The notes beneath the pieces are model-generated. The model did no database searches, was not told the origin of the DNA, and saw only the letters and a list, made by a program, of their open reading frames with translations. From Lingula anatina (lineage: Eukaryota; Animalia; Brachiopoda), in NCBI GenBank assembly GCA_051362555.1, contig CM120642.1, positions 10,044,001 through 10,108,000 on the forward strand: DNA of 64,000 bases, read 5' to 3'. Shown here in pieces: positions 1 through 11,834 of this stretch; position 1 is the first letter of the stretch, and each line of letters starts with the position of its first letter. The position numbers and the translations under genes are program-made.

Positions 1-3000
1 AGCAACATATCTTGATTCTAAATTAATTTTTAATCCCTCCTCGCATACTAGCTAGGTCCTACATGCAGTTGTTCCATGCATCGGTCTGGAAAGGGCAAAA
101 GGATAAAAACGCGCAGAGCGAAACGATAGGAGTACAAAACCACAGACTACAATTTTACTACAATACTAAGACTAAGATGGAAAATTGCCTGCTTTCGTCC
201 TTTTTTGATGGTTATTCTGTTTTAAGGAGCTCGAGGCAGAAGAGAATGCCTAATTTGGAAGCTACAGGAGGGGCACTTGCAGATATAGGCCTACTGTCTG
301 TTGGCTTATCTAAAGAGTTGAATTTACATCGAATTTAGTTTACTTTCTCGAAAGTTGGACAACAGATCCGCCATTGTCGACTGGTCTATTAACGCTGCAA
401 TGGTTCATTATCATAGCTGATTTACAGTCTGTTATAATTTCTTATCTGGAGGGTTGAAGTTACAGTTTAGTTTCTTGACCTATGGACTACAAGCTTCTGT
501 GGCAATACGGATTAATCAAATGAAATTTATATAATTTATATAATATAATTTATATTATAAACAATGACACACAGAGGAAATTTTACTAAGGTATTGCTTC
601 ATTCACCTTTCACTTGTGGCCATCTGAAAAGATGGCATATGTAAAGGGATAACAAACTATTTAGATTTTGTTTTGCATGATCAGAGTGGACGGGTCACCA
701 AATCATTAATTTTATTTTATGGGATATTGATCCTTTGTGTGGTTGTAATCTCAAACTTCTGTTTCTTCTATGAAAAAAAATTAAACCTTGTAAACCGTAG
801 ATACCAATAACGAAAATCAATGAATAGTATATGAATATTAACAATAAAAAATGATGATAAAAAAACGTTATTTAGACCTATCACCAAATAGCGCGTTCAC
901 TTTTCTCCCAATTGCATGGTAAACAAGTAACCATTGCAGACTCCGAGTGCATATTATAGGCAGCCTACTATTGATCTGCTAAGATTAGCATTTGAATTAA
1001 TACTTTGACCCGCTCTTACCTTTGTCTCGAAACAGCCAATAACTGGTTGACAAATCGCACAGCTAGCAAGTGGGGTGATTCAAACAAATTCCTTTGGCCC
1101 TTACCTTTACAATGTAAATGTGTCGTTTTGGGGGCTTGCATATTCCAGAAACCAAAAAAAGTTACTGAAACCCCAGTTTTAATTAGACGAGGAATTGATC
1201 TTTTAATATCCACAAAATCTTCAAAAAATCATCTCGATAATTGTAAATTGTAATGAAGAAAGTTTATTTGTTTTTAAAGTGCTACAGAAGTTCAATGCCA
1301 AAGGTGTCCAAAATGCTTCTATGAGTCATCGTTACGAGATTGACTATGGAAAATAGTCCCGAAAAGATTTTCTTTATCATGCAGTCCCAACCTTACAGCT
1401 TGAAGCAATATCACTTTTGGTGAAATCTCTCCCTAGCAATTTCACCGATCGGTAAACTTTTGCAGGCAAATATTTTCGCTTTCAATTATTGTGTAGCTAT
1501 GCTATTTCTTTTTGTGCACGAGCGAAAATCTACACACCAGCTAGCTAGGGCAGCTACGTTAGGTTATCTTGAATACCTGGCTGGATAACAATTAAACATA
1601 CCGGTATCTGTGAAAACATTTCCCGGAGGCACTATCCCATCAGCTGATTAACGCTACCGGCATCATAACAGTAGCGGCATAGCTGTAAGCTACAAGTATT
1701 TACATTAGCAACTGAGAAATTACTGCTCAAATTTATTAAAATTTTAGCATACCTTAGCGAGAAAGTACTGATATGGTTGCCAATACCGATGATGTTTTAA
1801 AACTTACCTTTTTTGCAGAAAAAGTCAGGATCGCTGCAAGTGATGCAATGTCTGGCCCAACAGGTGTTATGAACAGGGTTGAGGAATTTTGTGTTGGGGA
1901 ATTCCCTGCCTCTTTTTCGCATATGTAATGACGTCATTCAGGTGTTTTCATTTACCGTGCGACATACAGTAATGGCTCAATCATATCAACAGGGGAAATT
2001 GTGGATTTTACAGATACTGTATTATTTAAGTTATCAATTCTTAACATAAGAACATTCCCATTTAGTGGCACCGACACAATTGAGAAGCAGACGAACTTTT
2101 AGTTTTATTCTACACAGTAAAAGCACCAAAATGCTACACAAAGTTATTTTTATGATTCCCAAATTATGTATTTGAAAGTTGATACTTTTCCCGGTTGACA
2201 TAATCGAGTCATTACCGTATATCTGTAATACTTCAAATTTGTAGACTCCATGAACTGTTATACTTTCATTGGAATTGTTTTTAGTTTTTAAAATTGTACC
2301 CTTATGAATCGACTTTATCAGTGTTCTTAACTGGCATAGATTATGATGTAAATAAAAATATATTATAACTTTAGGGAGTTTTTTTACAGCTGTGCCTGCA
2401 AATAGAGCAAAGTTTTACTAGTAATTCACATTTTTCTTTGTAATTTATCCTTAAAAAAATGCAGATATTTTCCCAAAAGGTCAACAAAACATTAAAGGGC
2501 AGACTTTTTCCCATAATTTGCATAAAATCTAGATAATTAAAATAACACACTAACAAATGGAGCCCACCTTTAATTTAACATTTCTTTAGTATATGTTACT
2601 AAATCAATCTACATGATCTTTTCTTTAAACATTAAACATCTTTATAAGTATCATCCTCAGACGTAGTTTACAAATCTCATTTGCCACACGAGTAAGTATC
2701 ATAATATGTACCTCGATCTAAGACATCCCCTGCACATGCCATACAAACAAACTGGCAGCTTGGCCAATTAACTTGCCGATTGTGCTGTTAACAATTCAAA
2801 GACACCATAAAGAATGGGCCCAGCCAGGGCGTAATTAACACGAGGCCTGGGCTTTTTATGCATAGGACTAGATTTGGTCTGGGCCTTTGACATATACACG
2901 ATGGGCCAAAGTGTCATGGGATGGTGTAGAGTAATTAATAAACAACAACCTAGCTAACACTGCATATAATGTTCATGTTCTTTACTCCTATATCATTATC

Positions 3001-3429
3001 AATTTACATATTGAACTCTTATGACTGAGTACAAGTTACTGGATTAAAGAACTTGCAATCATTGTAGATTGACTGCTTAAAGCTGTATAATAATAAAATG
3101 ATTATAACACATGTCCATCTTCCTTCTAACAAAGTCCTTGTTTATATCCAATCTGTTTTTTTTTTTTGCATACATGTAACAAAGGTCTCCATTTTGATGC
3201 ATCATAGGATGTGGTGAGGATGCCACAGCAAAGCAGTGGAAATATGACACAATAAACTCTGATTCCGATTCGGTTCAGGTTCTGAGTCTGCTCTAATACA
3301 GTCAATGATAGCCAAATGCTAAAATACATTTTAGTTTTTTATTTTGTCAAATTTATCATTCAATTTGGCTAAGACAAATACCATCCAAGATACCAAGTGT
3401 GGCCAAGAGACAGTTAATAGTTTTCAATG

Positions 3430-3566
3430 CTATCTGCAGGTCCCCACAAGCAAGTTGTTCTTTGGTGTACATGCCAGTGGCAGGAGAGAGCAAAGTGTGA
3501 CCCTGTATCCACAACTCTTGGCCAGAGAACCCCTGTCACCGTCTATCCATGCCATACACTGCTTCC
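3430..3566 (-). CDS. GSTCD: GSTCD terminal exon 15 (GKQCMAWIDGDR...CTPKNNLLVGTCR*)
   Basis: ttctag acceptor, TAG stop at 3432-3430. Confidence 0.92.
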
Positions 3567-5076
3567 CTAGAAATACAAGTATTTAGTTTGGAGGAATATA
3601 GATTGTTTTATTCTTAAGCAAAGTTTAAAGCTTAGTAAGATGAGCATGTAGGGCAAAAGACTTACAGGCTGCTGTAAATATCTGGGGAAATTAGAAGTAA
3701 GCGGTGAAGTGAAAATGTTACAAATCATAAATTGGGTATTATACATAGAATTTGAGTTATATTCAATTTGCTACAAAGATACCAAAATCTTGACGTCACA
3801 TAAAAATTACAGCAAATTGATTCAAAAGATTGAACAGAAACTTCATTAAAGAATGAATGTCTATTGTCTAATTTGCATGCTAAGAAAACAAGAAAAGGGT
3901 TTGATCTGAACAATGGCTGACCCAGAGTATCATCAGGGATACCAGTAAAGTTCATCCTTTTTGTTCACCCTCTACATGATAATTGAAAGGCATAAATTAT
4001 GAATCTGTGGGCCTCTGACTTTCCTTCCCCTCCTCCTCTCCCCTACCCCACCTCTGGATTAACTGCCTGTGTTTTATCTTACCTTGTGCAGCCAGGGGAG
4101 TGTTAGTCTGTGTCTGGTCTGCAGCATGACACAGCTGGGTGTATTCCTAGAATATAAACATTACTTGTGAACTTGTTTTAAAAACAAGACAGCAAAGCTG
4201 TCAAATGTACAGACAAAAAGCAGAAAATAACAATGCACAAAATAGGCTACTGTCAATTCTGATGCAAAAGTACATTAATTATGCTTAACTGCAAATTCAA
4301 AATCAAATTTTAATTATGCTCAACAGGTAATACTGATGTAAGTAAAATGTGTAACAAGCATAAGGCTTCAGGCCGATGGGAGTTCACGTTCACACTTTGA
4401 AAATGCCAGAATGAGAAAAATGAAAATTTCACACAAAAATGCATAAATTCAATAATAAATGATAACCCAATTGAGCTGGCTTTCTAATTTGAACTGCATG
4501 CCAATCCTAAAAATCATACTTGTAAGTTAAAAATAATTATAAGTAACACAGTTTTCTTTTCATAACATTTGTAGCAGCAGTGCAAAAAGATTTTTGTCAA
4601 TTTTGATGTAACATTACATAATAACAGAATAATTATCACCAATTTTTGATAATTGACTATAAATAGCATGGAAATGTAGAAAACTTGATTACCATTCAGC
4701 TTCATGTCCATGGGAGCTCTGAGTCCCACAATGAATATGCCAAAACGATAATAATGAATATTTCACTAAAATGTATAACTTCCAGAAAAAGAAGCCAATT
4801 AGACTGCTTTTCCAGCTCAGGCCGCATTTTAGTCCTGTGTTTCTTTTTTGAAAGTTTGACAGTCATAAGTAACATGGTTTTCCCATAATGGTCATCATGG
4901 CAGCAGCACCAAAAACTGTGTTTTCTTCTATTTTGATGCAACATTACATAATGCTTAACAGCATAATGACCATCAATTTTTAATAATAAATTAAACATAT
5001 CATGGATTTTCAGAAAATGTGACTAACATGGGTCTTAAACATCTGTGTCTGTACATAAAAATGACATCCCTAGCAT

Positions 5077-5121
<45 letters not shown>

Positions 5122-8100
5122 TAATAAATGTGGCTGGAAAAGATAGTGGTGTATATAAGGTTAACATAAACTAATGCCTTAAATAACTGACCTTTTATTG
5201 CAATTATACAGAAATGCTCTGAGATAGCTTGTTAAATACTAAAAACACACACATATTCAATAAATAAATGAAGATTGGTGAAACTGACCTCATATGATAT
5301 ATCTAAACTTCTAAAATCTTCACTCCTAGGATAAGACATTGTGTGTGTATTTTTTATGGCTCCATAACAGCAGGGACATATGACAAAATCAGCATTTACA
5401 TCAAGACACTTCTGTAAAACCAGGTCTGTGGCCACTCCACATGCGTGGAGGCATACCCCAATATTGAAACTGCCTTGAAAGTAGTCCAGGTTACTCTGAA
5501 AAGTTAAAACAATGTACCATCAGATTCGTTTCATAACAAGAAACAGAATAAAGTAATACATATGAGTGTATGTCTGATAGGTCACATGTATGGAAGTACC
5601 AGAAATTTTTCTGAGTTCTTTAGGATATTATTTACAAATAAATTCAGCACTGTATGGAGTGGAAGTAGTAGGTATTATACTTACCTGAAATCTTTATATT
5701 TGATTATAAATTTACCGAATTCTTGAAGACATAATAATTTTTACTAAATTTTTTTCAATAAATGTGTTCAGTAGGAATCAATCAATTTACACCCTTTGAA
5801 TGATTTCAAAGAATTATACATATAAATGTGATAACAGATTTGCTGATTTGTAACATTTAAGCTGCTTTAATATTTACTTGGTATATGGTAATATTTTGAA
5901 GTCCTAAATCTTGCACTCTCTTAAGACCCCTAGCAATGGATTCCTCCTTGTTCTCTACAAGTATTACCTATATTATACAGAAATAATAATGAAAAGATTT
6001 ACATTCAATGAGAAAAATACAACTGTACATAAAATTTTCCCCAATTTAATGTTACTACCTTACTTTTATATTATGCACACATGCACAAAAGAACACACCA
6101 CCCCCACTCACACTCAAAAAGTACATGTACCAGTACCCATAAAGTGGAAAGAAAAGGAGTTTCCTCCTAATATTTTATGCTAAAGCAATAACCATGCATG
6201 TATAAAATATTTATGCAGAGAAGTGCCTCCACCATAAGGATAACACTTTTATTTGAATATATTGTTTACCTTACATTCTGGTAGCAAATATGCTATAGCT
6301 ATACCAAGGTGGCCCTGAAACATATACACCACATTACAGTGAAAACTTGATTCCAGATCTTCATCCAGGTTATCTGGTAAAATATTTATTACTTTGAATG
6401 ATCAAATAAAGATCTCATTAAGAAAAATTCAATAAGAAAGATAAATGAAACTAAAGCACATATAATAATAATTCAATAAGAAAGATAAACGAAACTAAAG
6501 CACATATAATATAATTTATGAAATTAAAAAGTAACTATTACAAAAGAAATATTTTACTTCATTTCAGACAAAAGTCCAGACTTTCAGTGGATTTTGAGTG
6601 TTTGAACATTTTACTACGGTAACTTCTCTTAATAAAATGCACACGTAACCTTGTGACAAAAGTTCATCATGCTACTTAACCAGGCAAACCTTATTATGAC
6701 ATTTATACCACCTTGATCAATGTCATCTTTGCTTTTACAACCAAATTGATGTCCATCTGTTGAAAGGGGAACTTAATTTACTCACTCCTCCAGAACAAAA
6801 GTCCACAATAACGTCTCCAGGTTTAGCTATTTTGACAACAGCACTTGCAAGATTCTCCAACTGTTGACATTTGCGCTCAATTCTTGATTTAGGTAGCTCC
6901 CCTGCCAAGTTCATAGGAATAAATGACAGGCATGCATTGAGATATTGATAAAATTGGTTTCTATGGTAACACAATAAGGGTTCTGCAAAACTTCAGGAAA
7001 TCCACTGGTTATTTTCTATTTGTTTTAAATTTACTGTACTTACAATCAAATTGTATATACCAAACACAAAAACTGAATTGCTTCAAATTGAACACGTTGT
7101 ATGTGTACATTGGACAATACTCTACTGCATATCATTTCATTGGAACTGAGGACAAAACAAAAACCATTTACCAACCAAACTGAACACATTTCTTAAGCCT
7201 TTCAACCTATGAAACACCTACAGAAATCTAAACAAGCGAAATGCTTCCTAGATCTCATCTTTCACAATTTCTGACCTTGTTTTGGGTGGACTCCTGCTGG
7301 TAGACTGTCCCAGTCCAAGTGAACATCTGACCCACATGGGTGGTCACTCATGGTGGCTTCAAGTCCAGCCTCCTATTAAGTAACATCACACCAAAATTTC
7401 AAAATATTTATAAAACTCTCATATGTAGTGAAATGCAATGAGTGGCCTTCTGCCAGCGATATAAGATAATTACTGTTAACTGAATTTAAAATAAATCATA
7501 ATTACCAATTGCATTTGTATACTTACCAAGAATGTTATTGTCTAAAAATTTTCAAGTTTATCTACCACTCAAACTACTAATTTCCAAAGCACAGTATTGT
7601 ATAGAATATAGTCAAGAAAACATTTTAACACTCCTTATTCATCACAGAAAACCTGTAAGACTCCTGGCCTATTCAACGGTTATCTGATACAAGAACAAGG
7701 ATTTTTACCTGTAATTTTTGTATTACTGCTTTTACATCTTCTGTTTTAACTTTTGGCTTCTTACTGGCCTCTCTGCAACAAAATATGAACTGATGCATAA
7801 ATATTTCCATAATTTCATGTAGTAAAGCTGTTAACAATGTGTTTCATGTTTCACTAAGAAGTTGATTATGACTTCCCCTAAAATTTTACATTTGCAGGCT
7901 TCTGCTTAAAGACAGTCTCAGCGCGTTAAACCCTTAAAATAGCACGAAAATGAATTTTCCTGAAAATCTCACCAATTTCCCCATAATGACCAAGGTATAT
8001 CCTATCCAAAACCGTTCAGAAAATGAAGCTACCTAATACCCTTTTTAAGTTCCATTAAATAATAAAAGACGACTCGTCTTAAATACTCAGCTTCCACCTC

Positions 8101-11100
8101 ACAGTACGGCTTCAGAACGCGCAATTTCTCGCTAAGTCTCGCGGTTTACTATGAATGAAATACTACGGCTGAGACCCGGATGTTACTATTTGGCGCCAAA
8201 ACAGCAAACATGGAGACGCGCGTCAAGTCTGAAGAGGAGAGCGACAAAAGGGGACGAAAGAAAATAGCCACTCCAGTTCAAAAGATACGAAAGAAAGTTA
8301 GAGACAGACGAAGAAGCACTCAGACCGTGTATGTTGGGAGGGAGGTGGGGCGGTGGAGGACACTTAAAGCTGAGTTAGGAGGCAATGGCGAAACTACTCC
8401 TCGACACGTGATTATGCGCTTCACAGGTCTCAAGTGTGTCTCATTATCATATTTTCCTGTTCACAATAAATGAAAACGTGTATAAGAGCGTTTTGGGCTT
8501 TACGTTTTCTGTTTTTGATCGGTACATGTACCGAAAAGGTGGACAGGCGGCATTTACATGTCTGACAAGTTTCGCTCTGTAGTCGTGACGTCTATCTCAT
8601 TCTGACTGAAGCCTGCTGTGATTGGTCGTAAGCGTGGGAAAATCGAGGTCGTGACCTTGAGCCGGAGGTACTTCCGGCTGTGCTCCGAAATCATGATAAA
8701 TAGTTTTCGTTTTCTAATTTTTTATTCTAGTTGTCTAAACAGAACTTTTGTGACCCAGACTTATTAATATAATAATAAACAATCTCACAAAACACAAATC
8801 TGACCAAAGTTTTACATAGAACCTGCTTCTATACATTAATCTAACCCACTGAGACTGTCTTTAATATTACAAAACGTGAGAAAGTCTCTAACAGTAGACC
8901 ATATTCCACTATATAATCAAATTATCTATTATAAAGTCTGAGGGTGATTTTATATGGTACATTGAAATGAGAGGGTCAATCTGAATTTGTTTTAAATAAC
9001 ATTAAGACTTCACTATTTTACCTCACATGCTGTTCTAAATTATTCTGTTCTTTGTTTTGTACCAAAGGTTTCTCTAATCTGATCTCTCCTCCTTGTGGAA
9101 TTTCTATACTCAGACCAAGATATTCAGCTGTGTCCATGATGCCTGGTACCATCTGCATCCTTCTAAACCATTTAGCCACAAGAGGGCAACAAGAATCAAG
9201 GGAAGACAAAGTGTTTCCAGTGTGTTTCTGTAAATAAATACAAAAATATCGATCAAAGGGAAAATGTGTTCTGAATATTTGTTGACTATAAGTGTAATTT
9301 TACTATTCCCAAATGGACTTTACTGTCCTTTCACTAATTAATAGACAAAAGACACATTCATTTTAATTCACCCTTGATTAGGCTAATCAGGCTAGAGGCA
9401 ACAAAACAGTTCTGTTGAAAATGGAGGAAAAGCATCCTCTTTAAAAGTACATAAAGGTAAATCATGTTAATTAACATCTGAGAAAAAAATAACATGGAAA
9501 TAATTTAAACATCAGAAAAGATACAGTTAGTCCTGACTGCTTGATTCATGGATGATAATTGACAGCCCTTACAAAGTCCCATCTGACTTACAAGGTACCA
9601 GCTGATGCTTGTGAAAAGAACCAGGTCAGTCAGTGTCATATCAGGTCCTTCTGTGAATGAACGCTCCAATATCTCAGCTGTGTCATTGATTTCTTCTGTG
9701 CCACAGTCATCAGTTGTACTATTCTCTGCATGCTGACTAACTGCCCCACCCACACTGTATTTATCTCCGCCTGGATCTCGACTGTTTGATAGTAAAGAAC
9801 AATGACTTAAGTCATGTGCACACTTTTGCACTGAAATAGAATTATCTTTGGAAGATGTCTTTATCACTTCAATCTCGAAGTTTCCTTTGGTAAGATTAGA
9901 AGCTGTTTTGGTCAATCTTTTTCTTTTAAGTTCTCTTATTTTCTTCTCTCTGTTTGCAACTGGAGGGGGTTTTCCAAGATGTTCTTCAAGCTTTTGGAAA
10001 GCCCCAGGCAATATGGCACTAAGAGTAAGAATAATAATCAAGTACATTAAAAAAAAAAAAAAAACATCAAGATGTTGATGTGAGCTTGTTGGCTAAAAAC
10101 ATAAATATTCTCACATCTCCTAAAAGGAATAAACTCCTGAGATTTTAGAACTTGTTACAAATGTATTGGAGCACTCTCAAAAAATGTAAAAATAACAGAG
10201 AGATAAATAGTACACAATCTTGTATAAACACACTTGCACATTATTTTAATGCATAGCTGTCTCTGATACCTGTGTTTTTGATAAATATCTTGTGTAACCA
10301 AGCCAAACAAGAATCATAAAGACCAATCTCACCCATTATCACTAACTGCCTTTGTTACACTCTTGGGAACATCAACTTCACAAAATTTTGTCCACTGAGA
10401 GACCTTCAAGGAGAATAAATCATATTGTTTAATAGTGATGTATATCACTTTGGGATCCACTACCAGAAAGTTTTCATTGTAACATGACAAGTATTCCCCA
10501 TTTTTAAATAACCAAGCTCTGTCAATTATAAATGACTTACTTAAAATAAGGCTAAAATGTTTCTAAATTATAAGCCACACACTTCTTGTTTATTCATGTC
10601 ATGTATTACAAACCAACCTCTGAGCAAGCTTTGAGACAACCTTGCTTGAAACCCTGAAAAAACAGAAAACATATTTCACTGATTTAAATTAACAAATAGA
10701 CAAACATAATAATTGTATAAAATTATTTATCTCCTTACTAATGGTAAATGTAAATGAACTGATTTTAGTTCCACTATGAGATCAAAATGTCTGCAAAATA
10801 GGCACAATTATCAGGTTTAACCTTAAAAGATCTTAACTCTTGTGCCTTAATTTTACCAGCAATTCCAGTGCCTTCTGGCATTTTGTTTTCTGGTGGATCA
10901 GCTTCACAATTTGTCTCAGAACACCACACAGTCCCGAGTGCACCAGTTGATTACCATGTGATATTGCCGAGGGAAGTAAACACCATTGGACAGACAGTGG
11001 AATCTGGAATCCATTTAAATTATATTTTTAATAAATTATTTACTGTTTCTTATACTCGGGATAAATTGAAAGGGGATGGTTTCTTTCACTGGAAAAAAAA

Positions 11101-11834
11101 AGACCCTGATAGGTTCATTCGAACCCCCTCCCCCATTAACAGATTTTCAAAATCTTTCTGGTATCTTACTGAAAACAGCTTGAAAAACCAACAGGACAAT
11201 AACTTATGTCTATACAAACCTCTTTTTCTTCAAGAATCTTCACACCTATGCCCGACAGGACATGCCTTGGAAGACTTCCCAAGTAGGGGGAATCCCTGAA
11301 CTTAACTAAGTATATCTGGATTAGGTTTGTCAGTAGGCAGTCATGTGGTCCTTCCGTACACTCAGATCCACTGGCAACAATTTGGTTGAATCGTGTGACA
11401 AACAGAGCTATCTAGAAGACAGATGACATTTTTTTAATATACTTTAATCAGATTTATCATCTATGTTTCCTGTAGACTAATGTCTCAATATTCTGCATTT
11501 CTGTTTTACAATTCTTATGCTTTATTAAAAAGATACTGTGCTAAAAGTTATGCAGATCTTAAAACAATCTGTACCTCCACACATGCAGAGACCATTTCAA
11601 AATTTATTCTCACCAAAAAATTTGAAGGACATCTAGTGAACTGCTCAATACTAATACTGTTCTCAAACAGCTTTATAATGCACTCGGAAACTACAGTAAC
11701 AAACGAAATCATCCCCAGAGATTATTTCTGAATCAGTTATCACTACATCGTCCTGATTGGAAATTTATACACACCTCTGTTTCCACAGGACAACGTAAAT
11801 CTTCCCCGACTTGGAGATATACACTATCAGCCAT
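3430..11834 (-). CDS. GSTCD: Glutathione S-transferase C-terminal domain-containing protein (GST-C-like region plus C-terminal SAM-dependent methyltransferase), 15 coding exons, 652 aa
   Basis: Manual splice: complement join(11775-11834, 11220-11411, 10857-11003, 10618-10653, 10333-10403, 9592-10018, 9022-9227, 7709-7772, 7276-7372, 6786-6901, 6270-6314, 5878-5967, 5289-5495, 4083-4146, 3430-3566). All introns GT-AG, phases consistent, 1959 nt. GSTCD-type motifs: LLGFKQGCLKACSEVSQWTKFCE, RKCQQLENL, VIVDFCSGGGHLG, LHACGVATD, CPCCYG, CTPKNNLLVG. Confidence 0.93.
4083..4146 (-). CDS. GSTCD: GSTCD exon 14 (EYTQLCHAADQT...)
   Basis: ttctag acceptor, G|gtaaga donor. Confidence 0.9.
4183..5058 (-). 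mobile_element. Non-autonomous Helentron-type element (HINE family A), internally deleted copy in GSTCD intron 13
   Basis: Reverse complement starts tatgtacagacacagatg and ends tgtctgtacatttgacagctttgctgtcttgtt, as in the copies at 17322 and 35122. The body matches about 18070-18425 and 36950-37750. Confidence 0.8.
5080..5119. repeat. (AG)n microsatellite
   Basis: Direct reading. Confidence 0.95.
5289..5495 (-). CDS. GSTCD: GSTCD exon 13 (SNLDYFQGSFNIGVCLHACGVATD...CPCCYG...YE)
   Basis: tttcag acceptor, GAG|gtcagt donor. Confidence 0.93.
5878..5967 (-). CDS. GSTCD: GSTCD exon 12 (VILVENKEESIARG...TIYQ)
   Basis: atatag acceptor, CAA|gtaaat donor, ENKE motif. Confidence 0.9.
6270..6314 (-). 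CDS. GSTCD: GSTCD exon 11 (GHLGIAIAYLLPECK)
   Basis: tttcag acceptor, AAG|gtaaac donor. Confidence 0.9.
6426..6513. repeat. Tandem duplication, 44-bp period, 2 copies
   Basis: aattcaataagaaagataaa(t/c)gaaactaaagcacatataat at 6426 and 6470. Confidence 0.9.
6786..6901 (-). CDS. GSTCD: GSTCD exon 10 (ELPKSRIERKCQQLENL...VIVDFCSGG)
   Basis: Methyltransferase motif I; tggcag acceptor, GGA|gtgagt donor. Confidence 0.92.
7276..7372 (-). CDS. GSTCD: GSTCD exon 9 (EAGLE...LDWDSLPAGVHPKQG)
   Basis: taatag acceptor, G|gtcaga donor, conserved DWxxLP. Confidence 0.88.
7709..7772 (-). CDS. GSTCD: GSTCD exon 8 (EASKKPKVKTEDVKAVIQKLQ)
   Basis: ttgcag acceptor, CAG|gtaaaa donor, phases fit. Confidence 0.82.
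7910..8860 (+). mobile_element. Non-autonomous DNA transposon with TTAA TSD, Kolobok-like, 951 bp, in GSTCD intron 7
   Basis: TTAA|AGACAGTCTCAG...CTGAGACTGTCT|TTAA: 12-bp perfect TIR, 17/19 when extended. CpG-rich interior. Purine-purine termini with a TTAA TSD fit Kolobok rather than piggyBac (CC termini). Confidence 0.8.
9022..9227 (-). CDS. GSTCD: GSTCD exon 7 (KHTG...PLVAKWFRRMQMVPG...)
   Basis: ttacag acceptor, AG|gtaaaa donor, GST-C-type PxxxxWxxRM motif. Confidence 0.87.
9592..10018 (-). CDS. GSTCD: GSTCD exon 6 (LEEHLGKPPPV...FTEGPDMTLTDLVLF...WYL)
   Basis: Inside ORF 9505-10047; tcttag acceptor, CTT|gtaagt donor. Confidence 0.88.
10333..10403 (-). CDS. GSTCD: GSTCD exon 5 (VSQWTKFCEVDVP...)
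   Basis: ttgaag acceptor, GG|gtgaga donor. Confidence 0.88.
10618..10653 (-). CDS. GSTCD: GSTCD exon 4 (GFKQGCLKACSE)
   Basis: tttcag acceptor, GAG|gttggt donor, conserved motif. Confidence 0.9.
10857..11003 (-). CDS. GSTCD: GSTCD exon 3 (IPLSVQWCLLP...SGLCGVLRQIVK...LELL)
   Basis: ttccag acceptor, CTG|gtaaaa donor, GLxxVLR motif. Confidence 0.85.
11220..11411 (-). CDS. GSTCD: GSTCD exon 2 (IALFVTRF...ILEEKE)
   Basis: ttctag acceptor, 64 open codons, GAG|gtttgt donor. Confidence 0.78.
11775..11834 (-). CDS. GSTCD: GSTCD coding exon 1 (MADSVYLQVGEDLRCPVETE)
   Basis: aacATGG start context, donor GAG|gtgtgt, phase 0 matches exon 2. Confidence 0.72.

Noticed and set aside
930-2575. CpG-rich stretch with a Kolobok-like right end (cccacctTTAA near 2572) and a TGACGTCA
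   Set aside because: I could not find a matching left TIR. It is probably transposon remnants, but the boundaries are unsupported.
2718-2930. Possible Harbinger MITE (catccc...gggatg ends)
   Set aside because: Terminal match too degenerate and TSD unclear.
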